Shown: in pieces, positions 24,001 through 32,528 of the stretch | Layout: every line of letters begins with the position of its first letter | Numbering within the stretch: position 1 is the stretch's first letter | NCBI GenBank assembly: GCA_023267245.1 | Contig: JAHFNP010000001.1 | Coordinates: 22,780 to 64,540 of the forward strand | Source: Candidatus Nomurabacteria bacterium | GTDB taxonomy: Bacteria; Patescibacteriota; Minisyncoccia; Phycocordibacterales; UBA9973 | Length of the DNA: 41,761 nucleotides | Direction of reading: 5' to 3' | Position numbers and translations under genes: made by a program | Notes under the pieces: generated by a model | Databases searched by the model: none | The model's input: only the letters and a program-made list of their open reading frames with translations | What the model was told of the DNA's origin: nothing

Positions 24001-26087
24001 CTTATGGTGGAATAACGGCCACATTTACATTACCGGGCGCTCTTGCATATTTAACTACTTACACAGCCACGATTACCACGGGTGCAAAAGATCTTTCGGG
24101 AAATCCATTGGCGGCAAATTTTGTCTGGAGTTTTACAACGACAGCTAGCGGCGGTAGCAGTTGTACTCCAAACACAAATGCCTATGATGCTTCAACGCCT
24201 GCCTGCGGTTCAACAACAACTGGCGTGAATAATTGCCGTACTCCATGGACTAAAACAGGACCAGCTTGTACAACTCCACCAAATAATCCTCCATCTCCAT
24301 GTTTATCACCGAACACTTTAATTAATGGTGTCTGTACACCGCCCACACAGTGTTTATCACCAAATATTATGATTAATGGTGTTTGTACACAACCTAATTG
24401 CACAAAAGATGTTTGGACTTTGGACCATTGGGGAGTTTGTACTAATAACGGAACTCAATCCGGCGTTTACGTTATGGCTACCCAGGCTTCCGTCTGCCCA
24501 ACTACCCACGCGCCTTCTCCAGTCACCACTCAAATATGTTCGGTTCCGGGTGCCTGCGGTGCTTTTAATGCCAACCTTTATTTATCCCCGCCGCTATCCC
24601 CACCTCTAACTCAGCAAAGTGATGGATTATTCTGCGCTCACAACCCGACTGCGCCTGTCCCGCCTGTTGCATTCACTTTAAATACAACAACACTACCAAG
24701 TCTTCTATCGCATTGGGCTTGGACTTGCGCCGGGTTAAACGGAGGAGCGCCGGCTTCTTGTTCAGCAACTCAGCCATGTCTATCACCAAAAGTCATGAGT
24801 GGCGGTGTTTGTAAACTTCTAGTGCCTCTAAATGTTTGTGTTGCGAGTTGCGGTGATCCAAATTGTCTCCCAGCTGATCCATCAGTATGTTCGACACCCC
24901 CATTGCTTCAATTAGAAGGCGAGATTGTTCCACCCGATATCGGCACACCGCCGGACGGAACAACTTTGCCGCCGGCTCCGACCAATGGCGTCGCCAATCC
25001 GTCGACGACTCCGACTGGTACGACTCCAACAGGCGTGATCGCTGGTGTTTTGACGACAATCCTGCCTGCGCCCCTCGTCAACTTCGTCGGAAATTTGTTA
25101 AGTAATCCAGCCGCTGCCGTTGCGGCTCAAGTTTTTGCCGTGGCCGCGATGGTCGCCGGCGCTATTATTGCTTTGGCTAATGCTCTTCCTCTAGTCGCCT
25201 CGTCACTTTCCGAGCTACCTATGCTCCCAGCCAGGGCATTAAATCTGGCCGGTGCCGCTTTGGGCATCAAGAAGAAAAAGAAATGGGGCATAGTTTTCGA
25301 CGCCGAGACCGGAGAGCCTCTTGATCCGGTGGCAGTTAGTTTGAAAGATCAATCCGGCCGAGAGGTTGCTTTCGCTATAACTGGTCTTGATGGCCGATAT
25401 GGTTTTGCTGTCGAGCCTGGAACCTATACAATATCAGCTCAAAAGCAGCATTATACCTTTCCGTCAGTCAAACTAGCCGGGCAAAAAGGAACTAAAATCT
25501 ATGATCATCTTTACTTTGGTGAAGGTCTAGTAGTTAATGAATCCGGCCAAGTAATCGGTCAAAATATCCCATTGGACAGAGTTAAAGATGATGAGAGCTG
25601 GAATGAAGAACAAAAAAACAAGCTCGGCATCGCCGGTTCGTATAAAAGGGAGAAAAGGTGGAAAAATATTTCAAATATTCTTTTCTGTGCCGGTTTGACG
25701 GTCGCGACTCTGGCTCTGATTGCCGTTCAAAATAATTTGAACATCATAATTTTCAGCCTCTACATTGTTCTGTTCATCTTGCTTCGGATTAGAATACTCG
25801 GAGCGAAGAAAAAAGGAAAAATAGTTGATGCGGCCGGCGCTCCTCTACCGTATGCGGTAATGAGTGTTAACGCGGCCGGTATTCCGGATATGACGATCAA
25901 GAAAGTTGTCGCTGATAAGGATGGAACATTTTACTGTTTGGTGGCCAATGGCAATTATATCGTTAATATTGAAGCTAAAACCGGCCCGGATACATATACA
26001 AAAGTTTTCACATCCCAGCCTATCCATGTAACAAAGGGTATCATCAAGAAGAAATTCAAAATTACCTTAGGTTCAATGTCAATATAA
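21096..26087 (+). CDS. Giant (1663 aa) multi-domain membrane/surface protein: N-terminal TM helix, SBBP-like and six NHL-like repeats, Ig-like domain, Cys-rich repeats, Pro/Thr linker, C-terminal TM helices flanking CarboxypepD_reg-like domains
   Basis: TM helix PEVIVIALLAILTLVYFAV. SBBP-like YVTG.F...DAFVAKYD..G.FGWA repeats. Six D(S/G)SGN(I/L)(F/Y)I(A/T/V)D plus N.RIRKV blades. DDTPPTVMSTNP...FSEPMD...KDLSGNPL...WSFTT. CLSPN..INGVCT occurs twice. Hydrophobic AAQVFAVAAMVAGAIIALANALPLV. WGIVFDAETGEPLDPVAVSLKDQSGRE...DGRYGF..EPGTYTI and GKIVDAAGAPLPYAVMSV...DKDGTFY..VANGNYIV. Confidence 0.85.
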   Translation: MAEEIINNCKDAHRAFWNFVRHVFREHKPEVIVIALLAILTLVYFAVRAPASGPAPSWIWANQISGTGEEKSLAVATDATTGDSYVTGYFTSGSITINTPTPTVLNNPGAPSKEIFVAKFDKDKNPIWAFSVGGDGDDSGKGIAFDSTGTGNIYITGSFDGSVGTVDFDPAHSNPLGILTTAGQVDAFVAKYDATNGSFGWAESYGSLLNDQGNAVALDNAANVYITGSFTTALGDLDIFVSKYATGGGAALWTETASGSGDDEGLGIAIHEDLNVNVYVTGDFFRSATFNTTTLTALGDGDAFVAKYDGPTGGFGWAKAMGGAESGFVDKARGIGVDSSGNPYVTGIFKGDATTGVTSGNMSTVVGEGIAGYFGDGGDALSSQLKTPLAITLDSSGNIIIADSVNNRVRMVLTNPDSTHYGIPMTMGNIYTIAGDGTTCLISPCGDGSSATSAKIRNPNGVAVDSFDNLFIADQDDRIRMVPAIDGNYYGVPMTTGNIYTVAGDGTQCTGFGPCGEGNPATSAQLDTPYAVAVDSSGNIFITDDKYRVLMVPVASGGTNYGVLMPTAFNIYTIAGQTGISGLGADGVSATSSTLFYSRSVSFDSSGNIYIVDGHRIRKVNFSDGIINTIAGTAGTPGSTGDGGLATSALLDTPIGVTVDSSGNIFIADTNNHRIRKVNASDSFINTVAGNGTACSLSTDPCGDGGLATSAQLNSPAGVAVDGSGNIFIADALNNRIRKVVFTSGSNLGLNAGADTKVFVAKLNPTDGSIGLSEWAVMMGVAPTEVPALALDSASPDNNVYVSDDFRGTDVEFNYSSPGIDKLTSGGVVSGTSNDVFVAKLDSSGSLDWIKQAGLSTSASNVFSHGISAVAENDLRIAGSFFTDVGLGDKISFDSIDLSSIAGSFDAFLAKLAIDDTPPTVMSTNPANLAGGVPVNITTVTATFSEPMDPATINAATFTIAGITPSLVTYGGITATFTLPGALAYLTTYTATITTGAKDLSGNPLAANFVWSFTTTASGGSSCTPNTNAYDASTPACGSTTTGVNNCRTPWTKTGPACTTPPNNPPSPCLSPNTLINGVCTPPTQCLSPNIMINGVCTQPNCTKDVWTLDHWGVCTNNGTQSGVYVMATQASVCPTTHAPSPVTTQICSVPGACGAFNANLYLSPPLSPPLTQQSDGLFCAHNPTAPVPPVAFTLNTTTLPSLLSHWAWTCAGLNGGAPASCSATQPCLSPKVMSGGVCKLLVPLNVCVASCGDPNCLPADPSVCSTPPLLQLEGEIVPPDIGTPPDGTTLPPAPTNGVANPSTTPTGTTPTGVIAGVLTTILPAPLVNFVGNLLSNPAAAVAAQVFAVAAMVAGAIIALANALPLVASSLSELPMLPARALNLAGAALGIKKKKKWGIVFDAETGEPLDPVAVSLKDQSGREVAFAITGLDGRYGFAVEPGTYTISAQKQHYTFPSVKLAGQKGTKIYDHLYFGEGLVVNESGQVIGQNIPLDRVKDDESWNEEQKNKLGIAGSYKREKRWKNISNILFCAGLTVATLALIAVQNNLNIIIFSLYIVLFILLRIRILGAKKKGKIVDAAGAPLPYAVMSVNAAGIPDMTIKKVVADKDGTFYCLVANGNYIVNIEAKTGPDTYTKVFTSQPIHVTKGIIKKKFKITLGSMSI
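22191..23325 (+). other. Six NHL-type beta-propeller blades within the giant protein
   Basis: LDSSGNIIIAD, VDSFDNLFIAD, VDSSGNIFITD, FDSSGNIYIVD, VDSSGNIFIAD and VDGSGNIFIAD. Each is preceded by a G(D/E)GG.ATSA.L..P-type segment. Confidence 0.7.
24300..24398 (+). repeat. Tandem in-frame repeat (51 + 48 bp) encoding CLSPN(T/I)(L/M)INGVCT(P/Q)P
   Basis: tgtttatcaccgaacactttaattaatggtgtctgtacacc... is followed by tgtttatcaccaaatattatgattaatggtgtttgtacac.... A third diverged copy (CLSPKVMSGGVCK) is at 24777-24815. Confidence 0.85.
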
Positions 26088-26098
26088 TACGGAATTAT

Positions 26099-26127
26099 TT
26101 GACTATTTTTTCCTTTTCGGATAGTAT
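26099..26127 (+). promoter_or_regulatory. Promoter TTGACT-N17-TAGTAT for tuf and the S10 operon
   Basis: ttgact at 26099-26104 and tagtat at 26122-26127, which leaves a leader of about 95 nt. Confidence 0.55.
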
Positions 26128-26225
26128 TGGAAGCAATCGTTTTTAAACGGATTTATTATTTATTAATATTAAATAGAGGTGCTTTGCATATGTGGCTAAT
26201 TTATATGTAAGCGTCTAAAAAAAAT

Positions 26226-27419
26226 ATGGCAGAAGTATTTAAAAGAGACAAGCCGCACGTAAACGTCGGCACAATTGGGCACGTTGACCACGGCAAAACT
26301 ACCTTAACAGCCGCTATTTTGCATGTTTTAAACATGGCTGGAAATAAGGTTAAAATGAAGGACGTCAACCAGATTGACTCCGCTCCAGAAGAAAAGGCCC
26401 GTGGTATTACCATTAACCTTTCTCACAATGAGTACGAGACTGAGACTCGTCACTATGCCCACATCGACGCTCCAGGACACGCTGACTACATCAAGAACAT
26501 GATTACCGGTGCGGCCCAAATGGACGGCGCGATTTTGGTCGTGGCTGCGACTGATGGAGTTATGCCTCAAACTAGAGAGCATATTCTTTTGGCTAAGCAA
26601 GTCGGTGTGCCAAAAGTTATCGTATTCCTTAACAAGTGCGACATGGTTGATGACAAAGAACTTATCGACATGGTTGAAGAAGAAGTCCGAGAATTGCTTA
26701 CTAAGTACGATTTCGACGGCAAAAATACTCCTGTTATTCACGGATCCGGTCTTAAGGCCCTTGAAGCTAAAGACATCAATGATCCATGGGCTCAAAAGGT
26801 TTTAGAGCTTATAAAGGCTGTAGATACTTATATTCCTGTCCCAGAAAGAGACGTTTCTAAGCCTTTCCTTATGCCTATTGAAGACATCTTCACTATTGAA
26901 GGCCGAGGAACTGTTGTTACCGGACGTATCGAAAGAGGTATTGTTAAAGTCGGCGAAGAAGTAGAAATCGTCGGAATCAAGGATACAGCTAAGACAACTG
27001 TCACAGGTATTGAAATGTTTAACAAGCAACTTACTGAAGGTATGGCTGGAGATAATGCTGGAATCTTGCTCCGAGGCGTTAAGAAAGACGACTTGACCAG
27101 AGGTCAAGTTATCGCAAAGACCGGTTCAGTTACTCCTCATACTGAATTCGAAGCAGAAGTTTATGTTTTGAAAAAAGAAGAAGGCGGACGCCACACCCCT
27201 TTCTTCTCCGGATACAAGCCTCAGTTCTATATCAGAACAACTGATGTGACTGGAGATGTTACTCTAAATCCTGGTGTTGAAATGGTTATGCCTGGAGATA
27301 CTGTCACCTTTAAAGTTAAGCTCGTTTCACCTATCGCTCTTGAAGACAAGCAGAGATTTGCTATCCGAGAGGGAGGCAGAACTGTCGGCGCCGGAGTTGT
27401 AACTAAGATTGTCGCATAA
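26226..27419 (+). CDS. tuf: Elongation factor Tu
   Basis: [44 protein letters not shown] and NKCDMVDD. Confidence 0.98.
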   Translation: MAEVFKRDKPHVNVGTIGHVDHGKTTLTAAILHVLNMAGNKVKMKDVNQIDSAPEEKARGITINLSHNEYETETRHYAHIDAPGHADYIKNMITGAAQMDGAILVVAATDGVMPQTREHILLAKQVGVPKVIVFLNKCDMVDDKELIDMVEEEVRELLTKYDFDGKNTPVIHGSGLKALEAKDINDPWAQKVLELIKAVDTYIPVPERDVSKPFLMPIEDIFTIEGRGTVVTGRIERGIVKVGEEVEIVGIKDTAKTTVTGIEMFNKQLTEGMAGDNAGILLRGVKKDDLTRGQVIAKTGSVTPHTEFEAEVYVLKKEEGGRHTPFFSGYKPQFYIRTTDVTGDVTLNPGVEMVMPGDTVTFKVKLVSPIALEDKQRFAIREGGRTVGAGVVTKIVA

Positions 27420-27424
27420 ATAAT

Positions 27425-27817
27425 ATGGCTACCCCTACAAAAAAAACTACATCGAAGACAACTAAGGAAAAAACAGCCTTGAAATCTGTTCAAAAATCTT
27501 CGACTGAGGGGGCTGTCCTTCTGCGAATAAGAGTTAAGGCTTATGAGAATAAAATATTGGACGCTTCTGTTAAGCAGATTATAGATACGGCTCTCCGCCA
27601 TGATGAGAAGATTCGCGGACCGATCCCGATGCCTATCGAAACCAAGAAATATACGGTTAACAGATCTCCATTTATTTACAAAAACTCTCGAGAACAGTTT
27701 GAGATAAGGACTCACAAGAGAGTCATAGATATCCTAAATCCGTCAGCTAAGACAATTGAGGCTCTAACCAACCTATCTCTTCCATCCGGAGTAGATATCG
27801 AAGTAACAATGCAATAA
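27425..27817 (+). CDS. rpsJ: 30S ribosomal protein S10 with an N-terminal Lys/Thr-rich extension of about 27 aa
   Basis: LRIRVKAYENKILD...IRGPIPMP...FEIRTHKRVIDI. Confidence 0.95.
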   Translation: MATPTKKTTSKTTKEKTALKSVQKSSTEGAVLLRIRVKAYENKILDASVKQIIDTALRHDEKIRGPIPMPIETKKYTVNRSPFIYKNSREQFEIRTHKRVIDILNPSAKTIEALTNLSLPSGVDIEVTMQ

Positions 27818-27821
27818 TACA

Positions 27822-28430
27822 ATGAAATTTATCCTTGGAAAAAAAGAAAATATGGTTCAATACTTTGAAGAAGATGGTAAGGTTTATCCTGCCACGCTTA
27901 TTTCAGCCGGACCTATTGTCGTAACCCAAGTAAAAAATCAAGAATCAGACGGCTACATGGCTGTCCAAGTCGGCTATGAAAGTCAAAAAGAAACAAGACT
28001 AAACAAGGCTCAAATCGGCCACCTAAAAGAAGGCGGGCCTGTTAAAAACCTAAAAGAATTCCGTTTAACTGAAGGAGAATATAAAAAAGGCGACAGTATT
28101 GATGTTTCTATTTTTGCTAAAGGAGATAAAATTCGAGTCAGTGGAATATCTAAAGGTAAAGGTTTCCAAGGCGTTGTCAAAAGACATGGCTTCCACGGCG
28201 GACCTAGGACTCACGGACAAAAACATTCAGAAAGAGAGCCTGGATCGATCGGCGGAGGTCTTAGAAACAGAGTTCCTAAAGGCATGAGAATGGCCGGCCG
28301 TATGGGTAGCGACAGAATAACAGTTAAGAATTTAAAAGTTTTAGCAGTTGATGCCGAGAATAACAGTATTCTTGTTTCTGGCGCGGTTCCCGGAAGAAGA
28401 GGAACACTTCTTGAAATACGAAGCATATAA
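27822..28430 (+). CDS. rplC: 50S ribosomal protein L3
   Basis: GISKGKGFQGVVKRHGFHGGPRTHGQ. Confidence 0.96.
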   Translation: MKFILGKKENMVQYFEEDGKVYPATLISAGPIVVTQVKNQESDGYMAVQVGYESQKETRLNKAQIGHLKEGGPVKNLKEFRLTEGEYKKGDSIDVSIFAKGDKIRVSGISKGKGFQGVVKRHGFHGGPRTHGQKHSEREPGSIGGGLRNRVPKGMRMAGRMGSDRITVKNLKVLAVDAENNSILVSGAVPGRRGTLLEIRSI

Positions 28431-28441
28431 TATTCAGCAAT

Positions 28442-29101
28442 ATGGAAACAAAAGTATACAATCAAAAAGGAGTTGAAGTAAGTTCGGTTAAAGTACCGGC
28501 TGGTATTTTCGGCTTGAAATGGAATGCCGACCTTGTGCACCAAGTCGCAACCAGTCTTTACTCAAACGAACGCCCAGGCCTCGCTCATACCAAGGGTCGC
28601 GGTGAAGTTCAAGGCGGAGGCAAGAAGCCATGGCGCCAAAAGGGTACTGGACGAGCCAGACATGGATCTATCCGATCTCCGATATGGCGAGGCGGAGGCG
28701 TGACTCACGGCCCGATCAAAGACAAGAACTACAAGAAGAAAATCAACAAGAAAATGAAGATCCAATCTTTTTTTATGGTTTTGTCTGATAAATTCAAAAA
28801 AGGAAATGTTCTTTTTGTTGACAAGATTGATCTTAAAGATATAAAGACCAAGGATGCTAGCGCAATTGCTTTGTCTTTAAGCAAGATCAAGGGTTTTGAA
28901 AAGATTGCCCACAAGAAAACAGCCGCTGAGCTTATTTTGCCAGGAAAAAATGCAGTTATACTTAAGAGTTTTAGGAATATTCCTTCGATTTATATCAACC
29001 AAATTGGAAATTTGAATACGCTTGAGATTTTGCGTCATAAATTATTGATTTTGGTTGATCCGGAAAAATGCATTAAAGCTTTAGAGAATAAGAAAAAATA
29101 A
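28442..29101 (+). CDS. rplD: 50S ribosomal protein L4
   Basis: KPWRQKGTGRARHGSIRSPIWRGGGVTHGP. Confidence 0.96.
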   Translation: METKVYNQKGVEVSSVKVPAGIFGLKWNADLVHQVATSLYSNERPGLAHTKGRGEVQGGGKKPWRQKGTGRARHGSIRSPIWRGGGVTHGPIKDKNYKKKINKKMKIQSFFMVLSDKFKKGNVLFVDKIDLKDIKTKDASAIALSLSKIKGFEKIAHKKTAAELILPGKNAVILKSFRNIPSIYINQIGNLNTLEILRHKLLILVDPEKCIKALENKKK

Positions 29102-29102
29102 T

Positions 29103-29378
29103 ATGAACAAATCTTCTATTTTAAAAGAGCCAAGAGTAACAGAAAAAGCCACAGTCCTAGAGGGATCTAATGTGTATACATTTAACGTTCCTAAAAGCGC
29201 GACCAAGCCGGAGATAGTAAAGATGATAAAAGAACTTTACAAAGTTACTCCGATCAAAGTAAGGACCGTTACCATGTTGGCTAAAAAAGTTTTTGTCAGA
29301 GGCAAAAAGGGAACCAAGGCTGGAGGCAAGAAGGCATATATCTTTTTAAAAAAGGGAGATAAAATCGAAATAAAATAA
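29103..29378 (+). CDS. rplW: 50S ribosomal protein L23
   Basis: ILKEPRVTEKAT...YTFNVPKSATKPEIVKMIKELY, plus position in the S10 operon. Confidence 0.93.
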   Translation: MNKSSILKEPRVTEKATVLEGSNVYTFNVPKSATKPEIVKMIKELYKVTPIKVRTVTMLAKKVFVRGKKGTKAGGKKAYIFLKKGDKIEIK

Positions 29379-29382
29379 TAAT

Positions 29383-30222
29383 ATGAAATCATATCGACCA
29401 ACAACTCCATCGCGCAGAAACATGACCACTATCTCTTATCGAGGTAAGGTTACTTCTGCCAGTCCAGAAAAATCTTTGACTCATGGATTTAAGAGAAATA
29501 TGGGCCGCAACAACCAAGGCCGGATCACGACTAGACATAAGGGTGGCGGAAATAAGAGACTCTACCGAGAAGTTGATTTTAAATATGACAAGTTCGACAT
29601 CCCAGCTAAAATAAAAACTATTGAATATGATCCGAACCGTTCAGGTTTCATCGCTTTGGTGAATTACGCCGATGGCGAGAAGCGTTATGTCTTAGCCTCA
29701 AAGAACATGAAGGTTGAAGACACTTTTCTTGTTTCCGAGAAAGCCCCCTTGTCAGCAGGCAATCGTTTGCCCCTCCGCTTTATCCCCGTAGGTACTTTTG
29801 TATACAATATCGAAATCAAACAGAAAGGCGGCGCCAAGCTCGGAAGATCAGCCGGTATCTTTGCTCAAGTTGTTGCAAATAATGATGGCTACACTCATAT
29901 CAAGATGCCTTCGAGTGAAATCAGACGAGTTTCTGAGAACGCCTGGGCTTCTATCGGTGAAGTTTCAAATGATGAGCATCGTCTCGTCAACTTCGGTAAA
30001 GCCGGCAAGTCACGCTGGCGCGGTATTCGCCCAACAGTTCGCGGATCAGCCATGAACCCTGTGGATCACCCGTACGGTGGAGGTGAAGGTAAGCAAGGAA
30101 GAGGAACCAAGAGGCCGAAAACGATGTGGGGTAAGGTTACTGGCGGACGAAAGACCAGAAGTCCGAAGAAATATTCCAACTCAATGATTATCAATCGTCG
30201 TAAGGTAGGTAAGAAAAAGTAA
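29383..30222 (+). CDS. rplB: 50S ribosomal protein L2
   Basis: RHKGGGNKRLYR, IEYDPNRSGFIAL and MNPVDHPYGGGEG. Confidence 0.97.
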   Translation: MKSYRPTTPSRRNMTTISYRGKVTSASPEKSLTHGFKRNMGRNNQGRITTRHKGGGNKRLYREVDFKYDKFDIPAKIKTIEYDPNRSGFIALVNYADGEKRYVLASKNMKVEDTFLVSEKAPLSAGNRLPLRFIPVGTFVYNIEIKQKGGAKLGRSAGIFAQVVANNDGYTHIKMPSSEIRRVSENAWASIGEVSNDEHRLVNFGKAGKSRWRGIRPTVRGSAMNPVDHPYGGGEGKQGRGTKRPKTMWGKVTGGRKTRSPKKYSNSMIINRRKVGKKK

Positions 30223-30231
30223 TTAGGGTTT

Positions 30232-30262
30232 TGACCCAGTAGGTCAATGTGCTCATTGACCT
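30232..30262 (+). promoter_or_regulatory. Alternative hairpins in the rplB-rpsS spacer (TTGACC / GGTCAA / TTGACC)
   Basis: ttgacc (30232-30237), ggtcaa (30243-30248) and ttgacc (30257-30262). ggtcaatg-tgct-cattgacc is a perfect 8-bp hairpin that competes with ttgacc-cagta-ggtcaa. Confidence 0.45.
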
Positions 30263-30285
30263 AAGCCTGATGTTTTGCTAGTATA
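30257..30285 (+). promoter_or_regulatory. Possible internal promoter TTGACC-N17-TAGTAT before rpsS
   Basis: ttgacc at 30257-30262 and tagtat at 30280-30285. The -10 form is the same as at the tuf and rpsN promoters. Confidence 0.4.
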
Positions 30286-30298
30286 ACCGATATAAATT

Positions 30299-30640
30299 AT
30301 GACCAGATCACTTAAAAAAGGACCATATATTGATGAAAGACTCTTGAAAAAGATTCAAGGAAAAAAACCCCTCGAGACAGGGGTTATTAAAACTTGGTCC
30401 AGAAGCTGCCAGATTTCTCCGGAAATGATCGGTTTTACTTTTGGAGTTCATAATGGCAAGGTTCATGTGGAGGTTTTGGTAACCGAGGATATGGTCGGAC
30501 ATCGTTTGGGAGAATTTTCACCGACCAAGAAGTTTATCAAACACGGAGGTAAGATGCAGAAAGATCAGGAACAGAAGAAAAAAGAAGCTGAGATCGCTTC
30601 AGCTCAATCCGCTAAGGCTGCTGTAGCAGATAAGAAATAA
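30299..30640 (+). CDS. rpsS: 30S ribosomal protein S19 with a C-terminal Lys/Ala-rich extension
   Basis: [16 protein letters not shown]...[13 protein letters not shown]. Confidence 0.96.
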   Translation: MTRSLKKGPYIDERLLKKIQGKKPLETGVIKTWSRSCQISPEMIGFTFGVHNGKVHVEVLVTEDMVGHRLGEFSPTKKFIKHGGKMQKDQEQKKKEAEIASAQSAKAAVADKK

Positions 30641-30644
30641 AAAT

Positions 30645-31004
30645 ATGAAAGCAATGCTAAAAAACTACAGACAGGCACCGAGAAAAGTCAGGCTAGTTGC
30701 TGACTTGATTAAAGGTAAGGATGTTGGTGCGGCTTCGATCGAACTTTCATTTCTACCTAAACGAGCAGCCAAGATTTTCGAAAAACTTCTCAGTTCAGCA
30801 GAGGCCAATGCTAAGCAGAACTTTAGTTTAGATAAAGAGAATTTATTTATTAAAGATTTAAGAGTCGACAAGGGTATTGTCTTGAAGCGCTCGATGCCAC
30901 GAGCCCGCGGTAGCGCTTCACGGATAAACAAGCGCACCAGTCATATCGTTTTAACTTTGGCCGAAAAACCCGCCGCTAAAGCTGCGAAAGCAAAAACAAA
31001 ATAA
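30645..31004 (+). CDS. rplV: 50S ribosomal protein L22
   Basis: RQAPRKVRLVADLIKGK...MPRARGSASRINKRTSHI. Confidence 0.95.
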   Translation: MKAMLKNYRQAPRKVRLVADLIKGKDVGAASIELSFLPKRAAKIFEKLLSSAEANAKQNFSLDKENLFIKDLRVDKGIVLKRSMPRARGSASRINKRTSHIVLTLAEKPAAKAAKAKTK

Positions 31005-31008
31005 ATAT

Positions 31009-31674
31009 ATGTCAAAAATCGTCCACCCATATGCACATAGACTCGTTATTTTAAGAGACTGGAAGTCTCGCTGGATAACGACGCCTAAGAAATACAAGGA
31101 ATACTTGCGTGGAGATGTTTTGATCCGCCAATTTTTACAGAAAAAACTTCGAGGTTTTTATGTCTCAGGCATTGAATTTGAAAGAAGTCCAAAGTCACTC
31201 CGAGTGATACTTCGAACTTCTCGCCCGGGAATGATCATCGGAAGGGAAGGTGTCGGCGCGACCAAATTGAAAGAAGAAATTCTTAAGATGATGGCCAAGA
31301 ATAAAATCGACGCCCCAGCTGAATTCAAAGTTGATATCATGGAAGTGGCTCAGCCTGAAGCAGATGCGGCGATCGTCGCCTACATGGTAGCGGAAGGACT
31401 TGAGAAGCGATTGCCTTACAGAAAAGTCATGAAACAAACAATCGAAAAGGTTATGACCACTCGAGGAATCTTCGGAGCGAGGATTGTCCTCGGCGGCCGA
31501 TTGGGTGGAGCTGAAATTTCCAGATCTGAAGAGATCAAGAAAGGATCTATCCCTCTTCAAACATTCCGCGCGGATATTGATTTTGCCAGAGAAAAGGCCC
31601 ACTTGCCTTACGGAGATGTCGGTATTAAGGTCTGGATTTACCGAGGCCAAATTTTTGATAAAGATAAGAAATAA
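31009..31674 (+). CDS. rpsC: 30S ribosomal protein S3
   Basis: KIVHPYAHRL...GMIIGREG...GRLGGAEISRSE...YGDVGIKVWIY. Confidence 0.96.
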   Translation: MSKIVHPYAHRLVILRDWKSRWITTPKKYKEYLRGDVLIRQFLQKKLRGFYVSGIEFERSPKSLRVILRTSRPGMIIGREGVGATKLKEEILKMMAKNKIDAPAEFKVDIMEVAQPEADAAIVAYMVAEGLEKRLPYRKVMKQTIEKVMTTRGIFGARIVLGGRLGGAEISRSEEIKKGSIPLQTFRADIDFAREKAHLPYGDVGIKVWIYRGQIFDKDKK

Positions 31675-31676
31675 TT

Positions 31677-32096
31677 ATGTTACTACCGAAAAAAGTAAAA
31701 TTTAGAAAATGGCAATCAAAAAGGACAAATCCGATCAAGATTACTCCTGAAACAAGGGGTACGACCCTTGCTTTTGGATCTTTCGGATTGAAGGCTATGA
31801 CAGCTGGCAGAATCAGATCAAATCAGCTTGAAGCAGCCAGAAAGGCGATGACTAGAGCTATTACGAAGACCGGCAAGGTTTGGATTAGAATTTTTCCAGA
31901 TCGACCTTATACTGCTAAACCAGCGGAAGTGGGCATGGGAAAGGGAAAGGGCAATCCAGAAGGATATTGCGCGGAAGTCAGACCAGGCCGAGTGATCTTT
32001 GAAGTTGACGGAATTTCTGCGGAAATCGCCAAAGAAGCTTTAAGAAAAGCCGGTACGAAATTGCCAGTCAAGACAAAGGTTATAAGCCGAACATAA
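31677..32096 (+). CDS. rplP: 50S ribosomal protein L16
   Basis: MLLPKKVKFRKWQ...KVWIRIFPD...MGKGKGNPE. Confidence 0.96.
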   Translation: MLLPKKVKFRKWQSKRTNPIKITPETRGTTLAFGSFGLKAMTAGRIRSNQLEAARKAMTRAITKTGKVWIRIFPDRPYTAKPAEVGMGKGKGNPEGYCAEVRPGRVIFEVDGISAEIAKEALRKAGTKLPVKTKVISRT

Positions 32097-32100
32097 TATT

Positions 32101-32295
32101 ATGAAAACCAAGGAAATTAGAGAATTGAATAATATTGAAATGGAAAAGAAATTGGTTCTTTTGCGCGAGAAGCAGAGAGCGTTTCGTTTTGGCGGAGCTG
32201 GCAGTCGAACTAAAAATGTGAAAGAAGGCAAAACAATGAGACAGGATATTGCCAAGATTTTAACAATCATAAGAGATAAGAAAGATGGAAAATAA
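32101..32295 (+). CDS. rpmC: 50S ribosomal protein L29
   Basis: [29 protein letters not shown], plus operon position. Confidence 0.9.
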   Translation: MKTKEIRELNNIEMEKKLVLLREKQRAFRFGGAGSRTKNVKEGKTMRQDIAKILTIIRDKKDGK

Positions 32296-32524
32296 AACAA
32301 ACAAAAAAATACTCTCCGGCGTGATCGTTTCCGACAAAATGGACAAGACTGTTGTTGTTTTGGTTACCCGATTGGTTAAGCATCCAAAATACAAGAAATA
32401 CATAAAAAGCGGCAAGAAATACAAGGCTCATGATGAGGCAAATAAGTATAAAATCGGTGAGAAAGTCAGAATAATGGAAACAAAGCCGATGTCGAAAGAT
32501 AAGAATTTTATAGTAATAGAATAA
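32285..32524 (+). CDS. rpsQ: 30S ribosomal protein S17 (overlaps rpmC by 11 nt)
   Basis: [28 protein letters not shown]...YKAHDE. Confidence 0.94.
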   Translation: MENKTNKKILSGVIVSDKMDKTVVVLVTRLVKHPKYKKYIKSGKKYKAHDEANKYKIGEKVRIMETKPMSKDKNFIVIE

Positions 32525-32528
32525 ATTT

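Noticed and set aside
25268-25285. aagaagaaaaagaaatgg (KKKKKW) in the giant gene as a slippery or frameshift site
   Set aside because: The reading frame continues uninterrupted with recognisable domains on both sides. The Lys run fits a positive-inside stop-transfer signal after the hydrophobic segment.
20981-26145. aatcgtttt(t)aa present after fusA (20981-20991) and again in the tuf leader (about 26133-26145), as a possible target-site duplication of the giant-gene insertion
   Set aside because: The match is only about 9-10 nt, AT-rich and imperfect, which is easily chance. No terminal inverted repeats or recombinase support mobility.
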